Notes: generated by a model from the letters alone, not told the origin. Shown: positions 1-12,431, counted from the whole stretch's first letter. The stretch: DNA of 62,930 nucleotides, filler included, from Octopus bimaculoides (GCF_001194135.2; 4 parts of 4 records of this genome joined end to end with filler, not necessarily neighbours in it), one strand, 5' to 3'. Translations and numbers: made by a program.

Positions 1-70
<70 letters not shown>
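1..70. repeat. (ATG)n microsatellite
   Basis: Perfect ATG run; it explains the poly-Met ORF 1..318. Confidence 0.98.
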
Positions 71-71
<1 letters not shown>

Positions 72-577
72 AATAAATGCCCTGATGCAGCATCAAGCAG
101 TGGCTCACATGGCTTCTGATCTTAACTGGTTAGAAGTGTTGTCATGTACATGTTTTTTTTTTGGTAACAAGATGTGTTACAGCATATATTCTGCTCAATA
201 CCATAGATGTGCTCGTCAGTTGCAAGGCCTTCACCAGTTGAGCATGTCCCTTAGTGCCCGACAACATGTGTTTTGGGGTTTGAATAAGTTACTGCTGGAA
301 ACATGGGCGTTTTGTTAATCATCGTTAAACAAACCATATTCAGAGATCTTTTGAGTGGGATGGGCTACTCGGCCTGGAGAAAATTCTAACTGGGCTCCAC
401 TTGCAAGGTTATGCGCTGTGTATCTTGATATGAGGTCATCATGTGCATGTATGGTTGTGATACATATGCCTGGTGTACCCTTATTAGTCAGGTTTTCATG
501 ATGGGTATATGGGTATATTGGGCTTCGTATATTTGTACCCCAGTGTCACTTTGATGGCATGCATTGCTCTCTCACTT

Positions 578-616
<39 letters not shown>

Positions 617-637
617 AATGATAATAATAATAATAAT
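72..637 (+). mobile_element. Dispersed repeat resembling a non-LTR retroelement 3' UTR, with (AAC)n/(AAT)n tail
   Basis: Non-coding block ending ...ccccagtgtcactttgatggcatgcattgctctctcactt directly followed by AAC/AAT repeats. Recognised from memory as a common octopus repeat end; family not assignable. Confidence 0.45.
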
Positions 638-837
638 GGCTCAAAGCCCGAAATTTGAGATAGGGGATTAGTCGATTACATCGACTCCAGCACTTGACTG
701 GTACTTATTTCTTCGACTCCGAAAGAATGACAGGCAAAGTTGACCTCGGCGGAATTTGAACCCAGAACGTAAAGACGGACGAAAAGCCGATAAACTTATT
801 GCCCGGTGTGCTAACAATTCTCCCAGCTCGCCGCCTT
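638..837 (-). mobile_element. tRNA-derived SINE family A
   Basis: Reverse complement of aaggcggcgagctgg...gttagca...gggttcaaattccgccgaggtcaactttgcc... (A/B-box-like head). The same family recurs about 15 times in the window. Confidence 0.85.
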
Positions 838-859
838 AATATTAATGATAATAATGATA

Positions 860-1112
860 ATAATAACCTACTAGTCATTCTGAATCATTGCATTCCACAG
901 GATTTTGCAATCTTCATGCTCAGTAACTGCCTCTGAGATTTCAGCATACCACGCCTTTGAACTTTCTAGGCCATAATTTCCGCAGAGCATTTGTCGCTCT
1001 CAGTTGTATTATCAATTCTGTACTCCACATAGTTTGGCCTCAATGCTTGTTCTTGTACCGCGGATATAATTGCTTCTGATTCTATCAATATCTTCTGAAA
1101 ATGGACATCGGA
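860..1112 (-). mobile_element. R4/Dong-clade non-LTR retrotransposon fragment (C-terminal region)
   Basis: Minus-strand translation ESEAIISAVQEQALRPNYVEYRIDNTTESDKC / LCGNYGLESSKAWYAEISEAVTEHEDCKILW matches the AQEQAL...C..C...WY...KILW region of RLE-type LINEs. Confidence 0.75.
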
Positions 1113-1129
1113 GGTGGTCTACTTCAAGC

Positions 1130-2278
1130 GGATGTTATTGAAGTAATAAATGTAAGAGCAGAACTGGTAATCAGATATGGAATTGGAATTATAGGTTGGA
1201 CCAAAAGCGTCGCAGAGAAGCTTGCAAAAAAATCAGAAGGCTGTTGATAATGTATGGAGGCTACCATCCGAAAGCTGATATGAATCGGTTGTACTTGAAG
1301 AGAGACCAGGGAGGATGGAGATGAATTGTTATGAAAGAGTATGTACAGATGGAAAGAAAAAGCCTACTAAAATATTTACAGAACAACACAAAGAAATTAT
1401 TAAAGACAGTGAACAAAGATCAGGTGATCAAGTGTGGAATAGGAGAAAAAGACAAGAAGGCAATTCAAAGAAAGCATGTTAAAGAGATTGAAGAGAAACC
1501 TTTGTATAGTCAGTTTTGGAAAGCCATTAAGGATGTATATGGAACAAAATCCTGGGCTTGGTTAAAAAAGGGGCAATTAAAAAAGAAACAAGGAGTTTTA
1601 TGATAGCACAGTGGTACACATTGTTGCAGAATGTCCCCAGTTGGCCTAAGGAGGGTATAAAAAATGGAGGCATATTGTGAAAGTTTTACACTGGAAGCTT
1701 TGTCAGAAATGAGGATTGGAAGTCGGAGGTACAGGTACATGGTATGATTATCGGGTCGAAAGAGTGGTGGAGTCAGAGAAATGCAAAATTTTATGGGAAT
1801 TGCTAATCAAACAGATAAGAAAATAGAAAATAAAACAGACGTAGCAATACCAGACAAGGAAAAGCGAAGTTGCTTACTAATTGATTCATCACGTCCGTTT
1901 GATTACTGTATTGTATAAAAAAAAAAAAAAGAATGAAAATTTAAAAAATTTACAATTCCTTGAAACTTATTGCAAGGAATTTAGAGTATGAAAAATGTAA
2001 AGGTTGTATCTATAATAATCGGTGCATTGGGAACTGTAAGGAGAGATGTAGACACATGGTTGAAGGAGACACGAACAGAATGTCCTGTAGAGCTTCTGCA
2101 GAAAGTTTACCCCTTAGAGACAGGAAAGATTATCGGGGGGGGGAGGATTTAAGCACTTGAGATACCATTGAAAGCTTGTGGATACCTAAGGTTACTGGTA
2201 GTAACCCGCTACCCACATAAATTCTGGGAGGAATACGAACGAACCTGAGTCAAATCAACAACAACAACAATAATAATA
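1130..2278 (+). mobile_element. R4/Dong-clade non-LTR retrotransposon, 3' half, decayed
   Basis: Pieces read YHPKAD.NRLYLKRDQG, ERKSLLKYLQ...KSWAWLKKGQLKKE (ORF 1331..1603), then a degenerate PD..D-K nuclease region; ends in AAC/AAT repeats. Confidence 0.8.
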
Positions 2279-2502
2279 GTTTCAAATTTTGGCACAAGAC
2301 AAGTAATTTTTTTGTGTGAGGTGGGTAGGTGTGCAAGTCGAATACATTGAACCCAGTGCTGGACTGGTACTTATGTTATCGACCCCGAAAGGATGAAAGG
2401 CGATGTCGACCTCAGCGGAATTTGAACTCAGAAAGTAAAGACGCGCGAAATGCTGTTAACATTTTGCCCGTCATGCTAACGGTTCTGCCAGCTCATCGGT
2501 TT
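2279..2502 (-). mobile_element. SINE family A
   Basis: Same head and core as 638-837 (atcgaccccgaaaggatgaaaggc...gtcgacctcagcggaatttgaactcag). Confidence 0.85.
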
Positions 2503-2517
2503 AATATTAGTAACAAT

Positions 2518-2549
<32 letters not shown>

Positions 2550-2604
2550 CGGCAACAACAACAACAACGACGACGACGACGACGACGACGATGATGATGA
2601 TGAT

Positions 2605-2990
2605 ACAAGCGAAATAATAATAGGACGTTTATATCCAAAAACATCGTGCTATGCAAGTCAATAGACCAGATATTGCGGTGAAAAATCACGTTGACGAAAC
2701 ACATTTGCTCATAGAGATGGCTATCCCAGCAGACTGCGACGCTTCTGTAAAATTATTTGAAAAATTAAATGTAAGGACCTTGAAATGACGATCCCAAAGA
2801 TATGGTATCTAAGAACAGCTGTACCTGTAATCAGCGGTGCTCTGGGTATAGTACAAAAAGGTGCTCCTAAACACTATGGCCAAATATCAGGAAACCCCCA
2901 AAGCGTCACAACCACAAAGAATTGTACTGCCCACATCATAAAAAAAAACAATGTAAATTTGAAAACACCTGATAATTCATGAAACTCTAT
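2605..2990 (+). mobile_element. R4/Dong-clade RLE endonuclease fragment
   Basis: NRPDIAVKNH...LLIEMAIPAD...DLEMTIPKIWYLRTAVPVISGALGIVQKG (ORF 2785..2982 and upstream frames); follows an (AAC)n(GAC)n(GAT)n run. Confidence 0.75.
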
Positions 2991-3169
2991 CAAAACCGAA
3001 ATATCATACACTTAATAGATTTTTAGTTCTCAAATTTTAGCCTCCTTCACATATACTGTATCATTGAAAATTATGAATAACACCCATAGTAAGATGTCCG
3101 ACTTGCTGTTACTTGAGGTTTCTGGATGAAACTTGGAACCGCTCGTATAAAACAAAGCAACAACAACGT

Positions 3170-3385
3170 GAACAAAAATCCCTAAAGATTTGAACAGACG
3201 GATAGAGGAAATAGGCATAAAACCCAATTTAGTACAGCTCTAGAAAACAGTGTTATTAGGGACAGCAAGGATACTTCGGAGGGTTCTTGGCATCAAAGGT
3301 TACTTGTAGCCCGATGTTAGGAACTTTTCTTTTCTAACAGTCTAATCTGTGTGTGCGTATATGAACAATAAAAATAATAATAATA
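3170..3385 (+). mobile_element. R4/Dong-clade extreme C-terminus plus 3' UTR
   Basis: IPKDLNRRIEEIGIKPNLVQL*KTVLLGTARILRRVLGI, the typical LQK.VLLGTARILR terminus; AAT-rich tail. Confidence 0.75.
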
Positions 3386-3389
3386 GCCA

Positions 3390-4066
3390 TTTGGAAAAAA
3401 AGTATGAGAACGAATTTGATAAAGGCAAAGATTGATAAAACTCAGCCAGAGAGCAAAACGCAAAATGTGTGGAAAAAGAGACGAAAGTATGAACCACGTC
3501 TTAAGTGAATGTAGTAAACGCTGGTATGACTGTGTCAGGATGTAAGCTGAATGTATAGATTTAATGTGACAAAAGAGTGGTATGAATACGAGCTGGGGTA
3601 TGTGGTGGTAAATAATAATTACAGAATTTTATGAGATGAGATTTCTTCTTAAAGACTGAGCGTAATATTGAAGCAATAGTGACAAATATAACTGTAGAGG
3701 ATTAAAAGAATACTAACAGTATTAGATCGTATATTTTGCAACGCCATATGATAACACAGGATACCAAAAAAATAAAGAAAAGTGAGAAATATCAAGACTT
3801 TACCAAAGAGATGAGATTGTGGAAGACAATTGTTCCTGTGGAAATTAATGTACTTTTCACAACACCCAAACAGCTACCTAAAATGTTGAAGGATATTGGA
3901 ACTGTGGCATGAATTGTCGACGAGTAGAAATATGCCATTCTGTATTCTGCAAGAAATCTAAGTAAGATTTTTTTGAGTTTTGAGAAATCATTTTGACAGC
4001 AAAACTCAAGACTAACTAAAGTAATATACAAGTTTTCAAATAATAATAATAATAATAATAATAATA
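3390..4066 (+). mobile_element. R4/Dong-clade C-terminal fragment, heavily decayed
   Basis: Remnants resembling NHVLSECSK, WYEY, IDFATPYD, EKYQDFTKEMRLWKTIVPVEI; ends in (AAT)n at 4040-4066. Confidence 0.65.
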
Positions 4067-4067
4067 G

Positions 4068-4265
4068 CAAAAAAAAAGAAGAGTGCTATTGTTATCAAGT
4101 GAACGATATTTCGGCATCTAGCATACCTTCCACAGGTTCAAAAAATAAACTTGTCAATCTACTTCATTTTTGGTAATATTGACAAGCTTATTCTTTGAAC
4201 CTGTGGAAGGCGTGCTAGATGCCGAAATATCGTTCACTTGATGACAATGGCATTCTTCTTTTTTG
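4068..4265. mobile_element. Hairpin/foldback MITE-like element
   Basis: Arms about 4068-4158 and 4178-4265 are reverse complements (central 70 bp has 5 mismatches); 19-nt loop. Confidence 0.8.
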
Positions 4266-4436
4266 TTTTTGCTTCTGTTTTCCTTCGGGAGGAGTTACCT
4301 CAATCCTAATAATAATAATAATAATAATAATGATAATAATAATAATAATAATAATAACAATAATAAAGATTTCTTTATTAATCACAAAGGTTTACATTAA
4401 GTAACACATTATGGACAGTACAGGACAAAACAAAGA

Positions 4437-4513
<77 letters not shown>

Positions 4514-4834
4514 TGCGTACTGTAATAGTTTTGCGTGTAAGCAAGACTAACAACATTTAGAAAAAAACAATATATTACCATCAATATGGAGGAGACGTTT
4601 GAGGGCTGCTCATGGAAAAAACCCATAAAAGAACCATGGGCACCCTGACTTTTGGGGCAGGTGCTTTTTTTTCTTTCCCAACTACAGGTATATGCTTAGG
4701 GCAGGTCCGTTCACTTGTACCATTCTCGCCACTTCCATCCACCTTTCATGGTCCCTAACTACTAGGTCACGCGCCTTCACATAGGCACATTAGCTCATGT
4801 CTAATGATAGATAGTAATACAAAATACAAAACTA

Positions 4835-4906
4835 TGGGCATATGGTGTAGTGGTTAAGATCGTGGGCTACTAACCCTAAGATTCCGAGTTCGATTCCAGG
4901 CAGTGA

Positions 4907-4947
<41 letters not shown>

Positions 4948-5128
4948 TCGAAAAATGCCTTAGGAATGAGAACCCAGGTTCGAAATTTCACCAAGACACC
5001 CGATGAAGGCTGGAGGATATATCAGCCGAAACGATGTGTTAACAACAAACAAGATGTGGATAAATATCTGTCAAATGTAAATAATGTAAATAATGTACAT
5101 AATTCCTCATCTCTGAAATATAGAACTG
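4835..5128 (+). mobile_element. tRNA-headed SINE-like element with internal (AAT)n and a hammerhead-like PLE-type tail
   Basis: A box TGGTGTAGTGG 4843-4853, B box GAGTTCGATTCC 4886-4897, anticodon-like arm ggg-ctactaa-ccc, (AAT)n 4911-4944, hammerhead-like motif 4995-5040, aatgtaaat-repeat tail. Confidence 0.75.
4995..5040 (+). ncRNA. Type I hammerhead ribozyme-like motif (two core substitutions)
   Basis: Stem I GACAC/GTGTT; core CCGATGA; stem II GGCTG/CAGCC; GAAA-C-G-A-T (canonical would be CTGATGA and GAAAC-GTH). Confidence 0.6.
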
Positions 5129-5404
5129 CACAAAACATGATTTCTACTGATAGATAGGAATGGACATAGAACAATGAAGAACCAAGCTATAAGTGGTAGT
5201 GAAATACCAAGCTATAAGTGATAGTTTCACATATGGAACGAAGTGAACTGAAAAATTCCGATAAACTGAGATTATCAAGATTATCCATGGAGATAATAAA
5301 TATAAACTGTTTCGAAGGATATTTAAAACATAAAACGACAATTTAGAATCTTCAGATCGTGACACAAAGGAATGGCGCATGGAGGGAAAGAGTGTGTGTG
5401 AGTA

Positions 5405-5449
<45 letters not shown>

Positions 5450-6029
5450 TGAGAGAGAGAGAGAGAGCGAGAGAGAAAGAGAAAGAGAGAGAAAGAAAGA
5501 AAGAGGGAGAGAAAGAAAGAAAGAGGGAGAGAAAGAAAGAGAGAGAAAACACTGAGAAACACTGAGCCAGAGACGGAGAGAGAAAGAGAATAGACATTCT
5601 TCATCCATATCAGCAATATGACTAAGGGAAAATGCTCAGTATGAGATTTATGCATGCAGGATACGCACACCGTAGCATCACTCGTTCACAACATCATAAT
5701 TATATTACATGCTAAGGCCAAATCATCGAGGACCATATTCTTCAATTGTGATAGATTGAAAATGGTTATCTTGAAGGAAAGTGATACGGTTGTTCTCCAC
5801 ATCCATCTAAAAGAATAACGCAGCCAATTTTGAAAGAGAAAAGAAGAAAGAATAAAGAGAATGAGATGAATCGTCTCGAGCTTGTACTTTATTTTATCAA
5901 TCTCAAAATGCTGAAAGGCAAAGTGAACATTGATGGGGAGAGACTTGATCTTAGAAAGCAAAGAGGTGGTATAAATACTGCAATGCATTGTCCACTTCTC
6001 TAACGATTGTGCCAACTGGTTATCCTATC

Positions 6030-6048
6030 GATACATATAAAACAAAGG

Positions 6049-6094
<46 letters not shown>

Positions 6095-6320
6095 TATGTA
6101 TGCATTTCTACAGTTTTCAACCGATTTTCACCAAACTTTACACACATTACTTATGTGCCAAGGATGGTCACGCACTATAACATTTTGCCCAGAGCTCCCG
6201 CATAAAGCGAGAAACCCGATAAAAGTTCTTTCGCATGGCTTTTTCTCTAAAAACTGCAGTTTTCAACCGATTCTCTCCCTTTGAATTCTGCAGTTTCAAT
6301 CGATTCTCTCCCTTCTCTCT
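6030..6320 (+). mobile_element. Non-autonomous Helitron-like 5' region
   Basis: tataaaa-(GT)n-atgcatttctacagttttcaaccgattttcaccaaactttacac layout typical of non-autonomous Helitron-type repeats; no clear 3' CTAG hairpin identified. Confidence 0.4.
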
Positions 6321-6656
6321 CTGCTTATTTCTATCTTCTCTTTCATTTTCTCATTCTCTGTTTCTCTTGCTTACACATATTCTCCCCTACCCTCTGTACT
6401 TCCTCTCTTTAAGTCTATATCTGTTTCATTCAGTCTCTCTCTCTCTTTCTCTCTCTCTCTTTCTCTCTCTCTCTTTCTCTCTCTCTCTTTCACTCTCTCT
6501 TTCTTTTTCTCTCTTTCTTTTTCTCTCTCTTTCTTTCTCTCTCTCTTTGAATAAATAGAGAAGATAACGCCAGTGAGATTAGTGGACATGTTTCAATTTT
6601 ATAGGACCTTATTAGCTAAAAATATCTGTTTCTCACCATTTCAATCTAAATCTGTG

Positions 6657-6968
6657 AAGGTGCGTGGCTTAGTGATTGGGGTATTCGGCACAAGGCTGTG
6701 AGTCCGAGAGTTCGATTCCTGGTGGTGCGTTGTGCTCTTGAGAAAGATACTTTATTTCATGTTGTTTTAGTCCACTTACCTGGTAAAAATGAGTTGTGCC
6801 TGTAACTCAAAGAGCTAGACTTGTCACATGCTAAATCCCACGAAGAACTATATTAAAGGCACGTGTCTGTGGAGTGCTCAGCCACTTGCACATTAATTTC
6901 ACGAGCAGGCTGTTCCGTTAATCAGGTCGGCTGGAATCCTCGTCGTTATAACCGATAAAGTGTCACTA
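6657..6968 (+). mobile_element. tRNA-derived SINE family B
   Basis: Head gtggcttagtg...gagttcgattcc, core gttgtgctcttgagaaagatactt, tail gtggagtgctcagccacttgcac...gagcaggctgttccg shared with 12937, 22797 and 39886. Confidence 0.85.
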
Positions 6969-7756
6969 AATCTCTGTAATTAAAATCATCTGAAAGTTAT
7001 TTGTAGAAATTTCATTTAAAAACGCTCATTTTTCTGAAAGCCATGAGGAAATACAACCCCAGCGTGTGAATTCTCCGAAATTCCATTCCAAAAATGCTTT
7101 TCATCACAAACCCTACACTACCTAGAAGTTATTTGTAGAAATAAAAAGAATCTATTTTTTTCATAAAAATATATAAGGAAACAAATTCGGTTGGTACATT
7201 TCTGTAGTTAAACATTAAATTTACCAATCAAGTGAGTACTATTAAACGAATAAAGGCTTCAAAAGAAAATTAGACGCAATATATCAGAAAAAATGCATAA
7301 ATAGAGAATCAAATCTGGCCGCAGGATGGTCTTTCTGCTGGTAATATGGAAGTAGAGAGGGTAATTTGAGGAAGAGCGAGTGAAAATAATAAAAGTCGCC
7401 TTGGTGAATCAACTGTTCTGAATATGTACCCCAATGTTGGTACGAAGAATATTTACCTTCTCAACCAGAATTGTTTGGGGTTCCTTATTTGAGCCTAGGG
7501 TGACTGTTCCCTTCATCTCACACACTAGTATATGTATATATACACACGCACATATTTATTAATATATATAGATAGATAACAAGACAGACAGATAGATATT
7601 ACTTTGGTTTCATAATCTAAATGGTAGCAGATTGTAACATGCTGATGTGCCACCATCATAGCCATTTTTTATTAGTCTCTGCAAAATGACTAATCCCACC
7701 CTTAAAATACGAAGGATGCATCATGTCACACCAATTTAACAATACACATACATCTG

Positions 7757-7868
7757 ACTGGAGCAACGTGATATAAAATGTCTTGCTTAAGGACACAACG
7801 CACCACCGTGAATCGATCTCACGACCTTACGATCGTGAGCCGAATACCCTAACCCACGAACCTTCACT
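7757..7868 (-). mobile_element. SINE family B head fragment
   Basis: Reverse complement of gggttagggtattcggctcacgatcgtaaggtcgtgagatcgattc...gttgtgtccttaagcaagac. Confidence 0.7.
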
Positions 7869-7870
7869 TG

Positions 7871-7998
<128 letters not shown>

Positions 7999-8111
7999 AT
8001 GTAAATATGTACACACACACATATATACGCATATATATAAATATATATACACATATATATAAATATATATATACATACATACATAAAGATATATATACAC
8101 ATATACATACA

Positions 8112-9330
8112 CATACATGATAGAAGTAATTAAACACCCCATAAACATTGTTTTATTCTTATTTTAACTTGGAAAGGTTTATAGTTTTTAATTAGATACA
8201 TTTTTATGTTTCAGGTTCTATATGTGACTGTTTAATCATGTCACGTACAAAAGAAGACTTGGACCTGTTCCAATTTCAAAGATGCTGTATTGTGGCTCAG
8301 TCTGAAAGTGGATTTAGCGTAAAATTGTAGAAAACCTTGGGATCCCGCTTTCTACAGTTAATAGGGTAATTGTGCAATCCACCAGAGAGAGAGGAAGGAG
8401 TTTACATCACCTTTCCCAGGTCGACCAGGGCCCTCGGACAGGACCCTTTGCTTTGTGGAGAATAATTCTCATTGTAAGGCCTCTGACATAGCAAAACAAG
8501 TTGATGTCAATCTCAGAGCAGCTGTCAGATATCTCCACAAAATTAGCTACTATGACAGAGCAGCAAGAAGGAAGCCACTTTAACCAGCCAATAGCAAGTG
8601 GAGAAAACATTAGGGTCAGGGTGGCGATGGAGTACTCGCTAGCATTTTGGGACACTGTCATTTTTTTTCTGATGAGTCCAGATTTGCTGTATTTTCTGAC
8701 AGTGGTCAAATACGGGTCTGGAGACTCTGTGATCAAGAATTTGACATGAAAAGATTGTTGCCAACATTGAAACAAGGCAGCTATTCCGTGATGGTTTGGA
8801 GAGCAATTTGGAGCCATGGTCAATCAGAGTTGGTGAAGTGTGATGGAAACATAAATTCAGATAAATATGCTTCCTTATTGCAGAAAGGATTGCTTCCAAT
8901 CTTCTCAAATGGTGAAATGATTAAAGAAGACTCTTTATCTATGGAAGATGAGGCTTCTTGACACACGGCTAAAAAGACCCAAGATTATTTGGAAAAGAAT
9001 GGCATTAAAAAACTTCCAAGGCCAAGCCAGTCACCAGATATGAACCCTGTTGAACACTTCTGGGGCATAATGGATAGGACACTGCGTAAAAAGAACAAAA
9101 AAGCTTCCTCAAAGCCAGATATTTTGAGGTTACTGCATGAAACTTGGCTAGAAATTCCCCAAGAGAATATTCGTCATCTCATCAGTAGCATGCCTTATAG
9201 GATCCTTGCATTGAAAAAAAAGCAAAGGCCATGTCTACTAAATATTAGATATTCACATTAGAATGTATAATTTAAAATTTCAATAAATTTTAATGATTAT
9301 AAGGGTGTCTACTTACTTTTGTCATATCTG
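8112..9330 (+). mobile_element. Tc1-family DNA transposon (DD34E), full-length but inactivated
   Basis: 28-bp TIRs 8112-8139 / 9303-9330 (22/28 match), TA at the right flank. ATG at 8238; FSDESRF; D...SPDMNPVE with exactly 34 residues between the second D and E; stops and frameshifts present. Confidence 0.92.
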
Positions 9331-9724
9331 TATTTATATNNNNNNNNNNNNNNNNNNNNNNNNNNNNNNNNNNNNNNNNNNNNNNNNNNNNNNNNNNNNN
9401 NNNNNNNNNNNNNNNNNNNNNNNNNNNNNNNNNNNNNNNNNNNNNNNNNNNNNNNNNNNNNNNNNNNNNNNNNNNNNNNNNNNNNNNNNNNNNNNNNNNN
9501 NNNNNNNNNNNNNNNNNNNNNNNNNNNNNNNNNNNNNNNNNNNNNNNNNNNNNNNNNNNNNNNNNNNNTGTGTGTGTGTGTGTGTGTGTGTACGTATGTA
9601 TGTATGTATGTATATGCACACATAGACACACCCATTCACACAAATATTAATCAAAATAGTAGGAAGCTGTCTGGAAATACTTTTAAATTGAACAATATAT
9701 TGTAGATTATTATCTATCCTGAAA

Positions 9725-10104
9725 AACGATATTTCGGCGAATACGGCTTTATTAAAGTTCATGTTAATTCATGCCTCAACCTCCATGTCGTAAATGATTA
9801 ATTTGCATTTCGCACCGTTGCCGTTTCACTTTCGTATACAAACTCTTTTAAACAGGCAATTGCTCATCGTTCTGACTCGTTATCTCTATTCAAAACTGCC
9901 AGTCAATGGATGAAGTCACGTTGAAAGCTTATCTATCTTGCACGATGTTGTTTCGTAGCTCCATATTCGTATTTCTTCAACCTCACCCTTCTTTCACTGT
10001 CTATCATCCAGCAAATGCGTATTTAATAAGCTTCGGGTAAGTTCCTAAAGGTACTGTAATTTATATGAACTTTGACAAATCCATATTCGCCGAAATATCG
10101 CTTT
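9725..10104. mobile_element. MITE with ~45-bp imperfect TIRs
   Basis: cgatatttcggcgaatacggctttattaaagttcat at the left mirrors atgaactttgacaaatccatattcgccgaaatatcg at the right. Confidence 0.6.
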
Positions 10105-10443
10105 GTGTGTGTATAATTTGTTTATATTACATTTATAATTGCTAAAAATATCATTTGCTGCAGACAACTATCAATTCTTTTGTATTTCTATATAATTCAT
10201 AACGGTAATTCTAAGGCCGAGTCAGCATGATACAGTATGTGACAAAGCTGCACCACTGAATTAACGCTACACTCCATCCGACGGGTTTCTATACAGTTTT
10301 CATTTACCCAATTTCACTCACAAGATATGGGTCTGCTCAAAAATATTGAATATTACATTTGCACAGGTTGCCACGCAATGAAGCCGAACCCAAGACTCGC
10401 AGTTGCACTGTAAGCTTCTTGGCCATTTAGCAATGCTGCGAAT

Positions 10444-10485
<42 letters not shown>

Positions 10486-10487
<2 letters not shown>

Positions 10488-10817
10488 TTTACTTGTTTTA
10501 GTCATCAAACTGTGGCCATACTGGAGTACCGTTTTATTCCCTCATTAAACCTGGTATTTATGCTAACAACCACTCTCGCCGAATTGCTAAAATTACGAGG
10601 ACGTAAACACACCAACACCGGTTGTCAAGCGGTAGTGGACACACATACACACACACACACACAGATATACGACGGGCTTTCAGTTTCCATCTACCAAATC
10701 TACTCACAAGGATTTGGTCGACTCTAAGCTGTGTTAGAAGACACTTGCCCAAGGTGCCACGCAGTTGGACTGAACCCGAATGCATGTGGTTAGGAAGCAA
10801 CCTGTTTACCGCGCAGC

Positions 10818-10820
<3 letters not shown>
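10486..10820 (-). mobile_element. SINE family C (tRNA-like head, CORE-like domain, internal microsatellite, tail)
   Basis: Reverse complement of gggttcagtccaactgcgtggcaccttgggcaagtgtcttct..., internal (CA)n, tail ...ccagtatggccacagtttgatgactaaaacaagtaaaag. Confidence 0.8.
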
Positions 10821-10869
<49 letters not shown>

Positions 10870-11679
10870 GGGAGTTTGTGTGCGTGTGTGTGTGTGTGTG
10901 CGTATGTTCCTTATGCATTCTAGAATCGTGTTACCGATTTTGACGTATGGGGTATCAAAAGATACAGTACTATTTCCTCTACCGACTAAACTTGANNNNN
11001 NNNNNNNNNNNNNNNNNNNNNNNNNNNNNNNNNNNNNNNNNNNNNNNNNNNNNNNNNNNNNNNNNNNNNNNNNNNNNNNNNNNNNNNNNNNNNNNNNNNN
11101 NNNNNNNNNNNNNNNNNNNNNNNNNNNNNNNNNNNNNNNNNNNNNNNNNNNNNNNNNNNNNNNNNNNNNNNNNNNNNNNNNNNNNNNNNNNNNNNNNNNN
11201 NNNNNNNNNNNNNNNNNNNNNNNNNNNNNNNNNNNNNNNNNNNNNNNNNNNNNNNNNNNNNNNNNNNNNNNNNNNNNNNNNNNNNNNNNNNNNNNNNNNN
11301 NNNNNNNNNNNNNNNNNNNNNNNNNNNNNNNNNNNNACGCACACACATACACACACACACACACACATATATAAATCACTTTCATGCAAACTGTACCTCC
11401 CCAACACTTCACTTCTGGACAAACAATAACTTTCATTACGCCGGTAATCCAGTCCACTATATATCAGCTGACAGAATGCATTACGCTTATTAACACAGAA
11501 CATAGCCAAATCATTCAGAGTTTACCGCTTCTTCTCCTAATAACGGTATACAAATTAACATATGAATTTTTCCATATCTCTTCATTCGTTACTAAAAAAT
11601 GAAATCATACAATGCACAACTTCAAATTGCTATGTCTTCCATCTTATATGTTCCTTGATCGTACGCTCTTTTCAACCAT

Positions 11680-12095
11680 GTCACCAAAACGAAGACATTC
11701 TAATTTATCTCCACAGACAAGGGCTGTAAAGAAAACTGCCTCTATACGTTCTCAAGAAAACTCACTTCAGCGATGCCCAAATGTACAATATTTCGAAACG
11801 ATCATCGACGGCGGAAGTTCTACTCCAAACTGCACTTATTGTCTGGGATGAATGCACAATGGTACACGGTGGTGCACTAGAAGCCCTAGATAGGTCACTA
11901 AGGAATATTAGAAACAATGCTGCCATTATGGGGTGGGGCATAACTGTTGTCCTCGCAGGAGATTTCCGTCAAATATTACTAGTCATACCACGGGGTTCGC
12001 GAGCTGACGAGATTTATGCGTGTCTGAAGTTTTCATCTCTGTGGAGGTTTGTTCGTTAGCTTTCATTAAGCAAGAATATGCGAGCTCATCTCTAT
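11680..12095 (+). mobile_element. Internally deleted Helitron (RepHel N-terminus fused to PIF1-type helicase segment)
   Basis: MSPKRRHSNLSPQTRAVKK... then LIVWDECTM (Walker B), ALEALDRSLRNIR, VLAGDFRQILLVIPRG, LSKNMR: hallmark Helitron/PIF1 helicase motifs. Confidence 0.85.
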
Positions 12096-12380
12096 CTAAA
12101 TATTTTTGAAAATTTATGAATTTTCCAAACCTCTTCCGTCACTCAGTACCAATTTTGGCTATTAAAATAAATTATCTTTTATATACTTTTTCTAAATCAC
12201 ACTGTCCCCTAACGAAATTCCTTACACACACACACACGCACACACACATAGAGAGTGGGAGATTTGCCGATCTAAAAGTTGAGTTATTTCTCTTAGAAAA
12301 TTATATTTTTTATTATTATTTACGGACAGCCTTCTTGAGACGCAGATTTCGAAAATCAAATTCATTTTTCATATATATAA

Positions 12381-12431
<51 letters not shown>

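Noticed and set aside
4836-4908. Functional tRNA gene with ACT anticodon
   Set aside because: The acceptor stem does not pair well and the sequence runs into (AAT)n and a repeat tail; treated as a SINE head.
8660-8700. CTGATGAGTCC, a perfect hammerhead core start
   Set aside because: It is the FSDESR codons of the Tc1 transposase; no closing stem II plus GAAA follows.
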